Shown here: piece after piece, positions 1-3,373 of the stretch
Layout: the number at the start of each line of letters is the position of its first letter
Position numbering within the stretch: the first letter of the stretch is position 1
IMG/VR virus record: IMGVR_UViG_3300045988_050557
Origin: a virus
Strand: one strand, 5' to 3'
Length of the DNA stretch: 5,171 nt
Notes under the pieces: model-generated
Seen by the model: the letters and a program-made list of their open reading frames with translations, nothing else
What the model was told of the DNA's origin: nothing
Database searches by the model: none
Program-made: the position numbers and the translations under genes

Positions 1-99
1 CTTTTTTTTAGAAAGGAGAAAAATTATGGCAGATCCTTTAAAGACGGCTAAACAGTATGCTGCTTATAATAACTCATTGTATCAGTCTAATACTCGACA
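1..99. repeat. Terminal redundancy copy 1, identical to 5073..5171; defines a circular 5072-nt genome
   Basis: Read directly: bases 1..99 match 5073..5171 base for base at an offset of 5072. The repeat runs through a T-tract, an SD box and the first 74 nt of the VP2 ORF. That is what a circular contig overlap looks like, not a biological terminal repeat. Confidence 0.95.
9..23 (+). promoter_or_regulatory. Ribosome-binding box TAGAAAGGAGAAAAA upstream of VP2
   Basis: AAAGGAG core lies 5-7 nt upstream of the ATG at 26. The same 15-mer occurs at 3359..3373 upstream of VP1. Confidence 0.85.
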
Positions 100-844
100 A
101 GCTCAGGCGTTCAACGCCGCCGAGGCGGCGAAGAACCGCGATTGGCAGGAGCGTATGTCCAATTCTGCCCATCAGCGCGAAGTGGCAGATTTGAAAAAGG
201 CAGGCCTCAACCCCGTCCTGTCTGCAGGCGGTCAAGGTGCCGCGACAGGTTCCGGCGCGTCTGCGTCTAGTGAAGCCGCTAATGTGGACACTTCAATGCC
301 TCAAGCTGTTATTGATATGGCTGAAGCGCAGTTATCTAGTGCTACCGCGTTACAACAGACTGCAATGACCACTCAGTCTAATATGGCGCAAGCTGTTCTT
401 AAGTCTAATACTGATAAGTATGTTGCTGGTTTACAATACAAGCTTCAAAAATACAAGCATGATAATCCTTCTGCCGATACTGTCGGCGGTCAGTTTTCTC
501 GTTTTCCTGATTTCCTTAAAATTGCTACTAAGTCCACTTTGGATTTTGTTGACTGGGTCGGTAAAGGACTTGAGAAAGCAGGATTTGATACAACTGGTTC
601 TAAGAAGAAGAAAGCCGTTACAGGCTCTTCTGCTCGTGGTGTTAAAGGTTATAAAAATATTGATGAACTTATTGCTGATATTCCCGTTTATGATGAAAAA
701 GGTAAGCTTATTTCTGGCGGTAAACAGAGAAAGAATGAAGCTCGCTTAAATCTTGGCTCTAGGTCATCAAATTCATCACTTGGTAATAAATATCGCTTTG
801 ATACAATGGCTAGGTATCGTAGTAGTAAAAAACGTAAAAAATAA
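26..844 (+). CDS. VP2: DNA pilot / minor capsid protein VP2 (functional analogue of phiX174 H), 272 aa
   Basis: ATG preceded by a strong SD. The block NRDWQERMSNSAHQREVADLKKAGLNPVLS (nt 134..223) matches the conserved N-terminal signature I recall from Microviridae VP2 pilot proteins. It is followed by a Gly/Ala/Ser linker, a Gln/Ala-rich probable coiled-coil and a Lys/Arg-rich tail. Its position directly after VP1 on the circle is typical. No search was run. Confidence 0.85.
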   Translation: MADPLKTAKQYAAYNNSLYQSNTRQAQAFNAAEAAKNRDWQERMSNSAHQREVADLKKAGLNPVLSAGGQGAATGSGASASSEAANVDTSMPQAVIDMAEAQLSSATALQQTAMTTQSNMAQAVLKSNTDKYVAGLQYKLQKYKHDNPSADTVGGQFSRFPDFLKIATKSTLDFVDWVGKGLEKAGFDTTGSKKKKAVTGSSARGVKGYKNIDELIADIPVYDEKGKLISGGKQRKNEARLNLGSRSSNSSLGNKYRFDTMARYRSSKKRKK

Positions 845-874
845 CACGACACGACGATTTAACGACGTGACGTG
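845..874. repeat. Imperfect inverted repeat built from ACGAC / ACGTG pentamers (iteron-like)
   Basis: ACGAC occurs at 846-850, 851-855 and 862-866. ACGTG occurs at 865-869 and 870-874. The two arms pair 10/12, with two A.A mismatches spaced 5 nt apart. The element starts immediately after the VP2 stop codon. Confidence 0.6.
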
Positions 875-902
875 AATAATTCGTTTTTATTGATGTTTTC
901 TA

Positions 903-927
903 AAACGCAGGACTTGTTCCTGCGTTT
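903..927 (+). terminator. 10-bp stem-loop after VP2; possible weak or leaky terminator
   Basis: AAACGCAGGA / TCCTGCGTTT with loop CTTGT. Only three T residues close the 3' arm before CCCC, so it is not a canonical strong intrinsic terminator. Confidence 0.3.
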
Positions 928-974
928 CCCCTAGGGGACTGGGGGATGGAGTCCCCCAGCGCGGTAACGCCGCG

Positions 975-1003
975 GCACCTTTCCCCTCTTGATGGAAAGG
1001 TGC
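975..1003. promoter_or_regulatory. 10-bp stem with 9-nt loop CCTCTTGAT (candidate Rep recognition or nick hairpin)
   Basis: GCACCTTTCC (975-984) pairs perfectly with GGAAAGGTGC (994-1003). The structure is read directly; the function is inferred. Confidence 0.45.
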
Positions 1004-1093
1004 TAGGTGACACCTAACTAACAGTTAGTGCTCACCGCGGTGAGACCGCGCCGTAAGGCTTACTTGTGTTTTAATGAAAGGACTGATATAATT

Positions 1094-2104
1094 ATGACAT
1101 GTTATCATCCGCTAAAGGCTTTCGCTACAGGAGAAAGGACTAAAAATGGAAAAATTAGTTACATTGTTACTGGCTATGATGCACAGGCTATCATCATTGA
1201 TGGTAAAGGTCGTCGTACTGTGGTTGATTATAATCCTGAGTCTCGTGGTGATAAAGTTCTTCGTGATCCCATAGAGATACCATGTGGTAAATGTTTCGGT
1301 TGCAGATTGAAACGTGCCAGAGATTGGTCTGTTCGTATGATGCTTGAGTCAGAGTATCATGATGAAAACTGGTTTGTGACTCTTACATATAATAATGATC
1401 ACTTACCCATGAATGAGTATGTTGATGATGATGGTGTAATCCAGTTAAAATCTACGTTGTGTAAACGTGATTTACAGTTGTTTTGGAAACGTTTGAGAAA
1501 AAAGCAAGACATTAGGTATTATGCTTGTGGCGAATATGGAACAAGGACTGCGCGTCCTCATTACCATGCTGTTATCTTTGGACTCCATCTTGATCCAGAT
1601 CGGCTTGTCGAGTATCGTTCTCAGCCGTTTCAGCTTTGGACGTGTCCAGAGCTTGAAGAAATTTGGAAATGTGGCTATGTAGTAGTTGGTAAAGTTACCC
1701 AAGAGTCTTGTGAATATACTGCTAGGTACTGCATGAAAAAACTTAACGGCTCTGCCGCTGAAATTTATGATCAATTTAATTTTATTCCTGAGTTTTCATC
1801 CATGAGTTTGAAGCCTGCGATTGGTCGTCAATGGTTTGATGACCATGCGTTTGATATCTATCCAAAGGATGAAATTCAACTCCCTAAAGGTCGCTTAGTG
1901 ACACCGCCTAGATATTTTGACCAGTGTATGGAAAAATTGGATGAGGATTTGATGGTATCCGTCAAGGATGAACGAAAGGACATCGCCGAAAAGCTTGAAC
2001 ATGCTAGATTGCTTGAAACTGCTTTATCTAAGAGTGATTATCTTAAAGTTGCCGAAGTGAATATGAAGCAAAAAATGAAGCGTAAAGTTCGCCCTCTTGA
2101 TTAG
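1094..2104 (+). CDS. VP4: Rolling-circle replication initiator VP4 (HUH endonuclease, phiX174 gpA-like), 336 aa
   Basis: The N-terminus MTCYHPLKAF is typical of gokushovirus-type Rep. Cys cluster CGKCFGCR at 1283..1306. Motif WFVTLTY at 1370..1390. HUH-type PHYHAVIF at 1556..1579. Paired tyrosines in EYTARYCMKK at 1712..1741 are spaced by three residues, as for Tyr343/Tyr347 of phiX174 gpA. I prefer the ATG at 1094 (GAAAGGA at 1076-1082) over the GTG at 1028 given in the ORF track, because 1028 lies inside the hairpin cluster. Confidence 0.93.
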   Translation: MTCYHPLKAFATGERTKNGKISYIVTGYDAQAIIIDGKGRRTVVDYNPESRGDKVLRDPIEIPCGKCFGCRLKRARDWSVRMMLESEYHDENWFVTLTYNNDHLPMNEYVDDDGVIQLKSTLCKRDLQLFWKRLRKKQDIRYYACGEYGTRTARPHYHAVIFGLHLDPDRLVEYRSQPFQLWTCPELEEIWKCGYVVVGKVTQESCEYTARYCMKKLNGSAAEIYDQFNFIPEFSSMSLKPAIGRQWFDDHAFDIYPKDEIQLPKGRLVTPPRYFDQCMEKLDEDLMVSVKDERKDIAEKLEHARLLETALSKSDYLKVAEVNMKQKMKRKVRPLD

Positions 2105-2120
2105 TTTGATTTTTTTCAAA

Positions 2121-2141
2121 AATAATTATGCCTTAATTATT
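2121..2141. repeat. A/T-only inverted repeat AATAATTA-tgcct-TAATTATT
   Basis: Perfect 8-bp arms at 2121-2128 and 2134-2141, within the AT-rich spacer downstream of rep. Confidence 0.6.
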
Positions 2142-2166
2142 GATTATAGGAATAGTTTTTGATAAG

Positions 2167-2200
2167 ATAAGAGTAACAAAAATGTTGCTCTTATTTTTTT
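2167..2200 (+). terminator. Rho-independent terminator downstream of VP4
   Basis: Stem 2167-2177 / 2184-2194 is 11 bp including one G.U (ATAAGAGTAAC / GTTGCTCTTAT), with loop AAAAAT. A T-run at 2194-2200 partly overlaps the 3' arm. Confidence 0.7.
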
Positions 2201-2213
2201 GAAAGGAGACGTT

Positions 2214-2462
2214 ATGAATGAAACGAAGAAAAGTTGTGAAGAAGTCGAAAGACAGGAAGTTGTTTCGCCGGACGGCGAACAAAACGAAGAAAATGAACGT
2301 CAGTCCCCCCACGTTTCGCGGTGGAATTCGTTTGTAAATTCTTTTGTAAGTTGGATGCGTGTATACGGCGAACTGATTTCAGAGATTGTTTTGATGTTGT
2401 GCGTTGCCGGAGTTTGTTATTCCATGGTATGTCTTGTCGAAATTATTTCATTGTTTAGCTAA
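2214..2462 (+). CDS. Hypothetical 82-aa protein: acidic N-terminal half plus C-terminal hydrophobic helix (tail-anchored membrane protein)
   Basis: The ATG at 2214 lies 5 nt after GAAAGGAGA (2201-2209). It is a stand-alone, non-overlapping ORF in the viral gene orientation. The first 36 residues hold 10 acidic and 5 basic residues. The hydrophobic core IVLMLCVAGVCYSMVCLV is at nt 2385..2438. The stop TAA (2460-2462) overlaps the SD AAGGAGG of the next gene. I recognise no family. Confidence 0.6.
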   Translation: MNETKKSCEEVERQEVVSPDGEQNEENERQSPHVSRWNSFVNSFVSWMRVYGELISEIVLMLCVAGVCYSMVCLVEIISLFS

Positions 2463-2473
2463 GGAGGTCTATT

Positions 2474-2749
2474 ATGAAAAATCCTATTTTTTCCGTTAAA
2501 GATAATCTGATCGGTTTTAATGCACCGTATATTCGTCAGAATGAGCGTGTTGCTATACGTGAGTTTAGAACTCTTGTTGAGTCTCTTGATGAGAAAGCTG
2601 ATCATTCTGTTTTTGACTTAGGATTGTATTGCATTGGTACATTTGATTTAGAAACTGGCGTAATCGAGTCTCATGATCCACAGGTTGTGTTGCTCGCTAC
2701 TCAGTGTCTTACTTTGTCCCCTCGTGAGGTAGGTGAAATTGATGATTAG
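2474..2749 (+). CDS. Small non-structural protein, VP5-like (ORF5 family of gokushoviruses, proposed phiX174 C analogue), 91 aa
   Basis: SD AAGGAGG (2461-2467) lies 6 nt before the ATG. The pattern F-x-V-K-D ... F-N-A-P-Y ... N-x-x-x-A-I-R-x-F followed by D-L-x-L-Y-x-I-G-x-F-D-x-x-T-G resembles the roughly 85-95 aa proteins annotated VP5 or non-structural between Rep and VP3 in gokushovirus genomes. This is from memory only. The coding call is firmer than the name. Confidence 0.55.
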   Translation: MKNPIFSVKDNLIGFNAPYIRQNERVAIREFRTLVESLDEKADHSVFDLGLYCIGTFDLETGVIESHDPQVVLLATQCLTLSPREVGEIDD

Positions 2750-3284
2750 GACTCTTTTTGGTGTTTTGCAGAATATGCCTAAAATGCGTGTTGATGTGGC
2801 TTCTTGTCCCGGTTCGCCTGTTAAGGATAAATTCATTATGGAAGTTACTTCCAAGGGATATCCTTCTCTTCGTAAAACTGGAGAACATAACGTGTATGAT
2901 GAGATTCAGTCTTATCGTGAAGGTTGTGATCTCTCGGCAATTCTTCAGTCATTTGGTAATGAATGTCCTCGTTTCAATCCTCTCGGTTTTGAGGAAGCAG
3001 AAGGTTTTGTAAATGATTTCAGTGATGTGTCTAGTCTCGGCGATCTTGTCAATGACGGTGAGGCTGTTAAACAGTTCTTTAATGAGCTTCCATTGGAGGT
3101 TCGTAACTGTTTTGATAATTCTGTGCATAAGTTCGCTCGCGATTTTACTAGCGAGGGATTCCTCGATAGTCTTAGGAAGGCGTTTAATGTACCGCCTGAT
3201 CCAGTGCCTACCCCAGATCCTCCGTCCTCTGTTGAATCTTCTATTGACGGCGGCGGTGCTGATTCTGATCCTAGCACTGCTTAA
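2742..3284 (+). CDS. VP3: Internal scaffolding protein VP3, 180 aa
   Basis: The block TGEHNVYDEIQSYREGCDLSAILQSF and the later FFNELPLEVRNCFDNS match the conserved core I recall for gokushovirus VP3. The ATG at 2742 lies 5 nt after AGGTGA (2731-2736) and overlaps the upstream stop (ATGATTAG). Alternative starts are GTG 2733, ATG 2775/2784 and ATG 2838. The C-terminus is Pro/Asp/Ser-rich. Confidence 0.8.
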   Translation: MIRTLFGVLQNMPKMRVDVASCPGSPVKDKFIMEVTSKGYPSLRKTGEHNVYDEIQSYREGCDLSAILQSFGNECPRFNPLGFEEAEGFVNDFSDVSSLGDLVNDGEAVKQFFNELPLEVRNCFDNSVHKFARDFTSEGFLDSLRKAFNVPPDPVPTPDPPSSVESSIDGGGADSDPSTA

Positions 3285-3332
3285 TATTATATTTATTGTT
3301 TTGGTGTTTTCCATGTTTTTATGTTTTGGTTA

Positions 3333-3350
3333 AGGGGGCGTAAGCCCCCT
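3333..3350 (+). promoter_or_regulatory. GC-rich 7-bp stem-loop with GTAA (GNRA-type) tetraloop between VP3 and VP1
   Basis: AGGGGGC-gtaa-GCCCCCT, read directly. No T-tract follows (CTTCCGTATA), so it is more likely an RNA 3'-end stabiliser or processing signal, or an ssDNA structure, than a classical terminator. Confidence 0.6.
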
Positions 3351-3358
3351 CTTCCGTA

Positions 3359-3373
3359 TAGAAAGGAGAAAAA
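3359..3373 (+). promoter_or_regulatory. Ribosome-binding box TAGAAAGGAGAAAAA upstream of VP1
   Basis: Identical 15-mer to 9..23. The ATG at 3374 follows directly after the A-run. Confidence 0.85.

Larger units (their letters stand above)
845..1060. other. Non-coding GC-rich cluster of consecutive stem-loops and palindromes (candidate origin or structured ssDNA/RNA element)
   Basis: Self-complementary elements read directly. 845-856/863-874: 10 of 12 pairs, loop ATTTAA. 903-912/918-927: 10 bp. CCCCTAGGGG at 928-937. 939-946/952-959: 8 bp, loop TGGAG. 960-964/970-974: 5 bp. 975-984/994-1003: 10 bp, loop CCTCTTGAT. TAGGTGACACCTA at 1004-1016. 1014-1019/1023-1028: 6 bp. Perfect 14-nt palindrome CTCACCGCGGTGAG at 1031-1044. 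Only 13- and 23-codon ATG ORFs occur here. Confidence 0.8.

Noticed and set aside
1-99. The 99-nt identical ends could be read as terminal repeats of a mobile element or a linear phage (DTR).
   Set aside because: The repeat cuts through a terminator T-tract, an SD and the 5' part of the VP2 ORF, and the gene content is that of a circular ssDNA microvirus. Circular assembly overlap is the simplest explanation.
420-749. Hydrophobic +1-frame ORFs inside VP2 and VP1 (420..749, 3789..4022, 4278..4565) and inside VP3 (2758..3012).
   Set aside because: All are in the +1 frame of a strongly supported gene. They lack convincing SD sequences, and their openness and hydrophobicity are predicted by T-rich third codon positions. 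Only 3013..3333 is kept as a low-confidence candidate, because it has an SD-like AGAAGG and extends beyond its host gene.
960-1044. Possible tRNA or tRNA-like gene, because an outer helix (968-975/1035-1042) can enclose three hairpins.
   Set aside because: The arm geometry does not fit a tRNA: a 10-bp stem with a 9-nt loop, 3-nt loops, no T-loop GTTCRANYC-like motif and no 7-nt anticodon loop. I treat it as part of the structured intergenic region.
1028-1093. GTG at 1028 as the rep start, as in the ORF track (358 aa).
   Set aside because: The extension lies inside the palindrome/hairpin cluster and has no SD. The ATG at 1094 gives the family-typical N-terminus MTCYHPL and follows GAAAGGA.
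845-1093. A small basic J/ORF8-like gene hidden in the intergenic region.
   Set aside because: The only ATG ORFs here are 13 codons (from 893) and 23 codons (from 947). Neither is basic and neither has an SD.
2199-2213. TTG at 2199 as the start of the small ORF (87 aa).
   Set aside because: That codon sits in the terminator T-tract and would include the SD GAAAGGAGA within the coding sequence. The ATG at 2214 has correct SD spacing.
3303-3330. dif/XerCD-like recombination site, because some gokushoviruses integrate at dif.
   Set aside because: GGTGTTTTCCA-TGTTT-TTATGTTTTGG matches E. coli dif (GGTGCGCATAA-TGTATA-TTATGTTAAAT) only in GGTG and TTATGTT, has a 5-nt centre, and lies in a generally T-rich tract. 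ATTTAAC at 857-863 is likewise only a 7-mer match. This is not convincing without comparison to the host dif.
3285-3332. A promoter for VP1 in the T-rich spacer (TTGTTT 3296-3301, 18 nt, TATGTT 3320-3325).
   Set aside because: Matches to consensus are poor (3/6 and 4/6 with a non-optimal spacer) in a tract where such hexamers arise by composition. I cannot support a promoter call.
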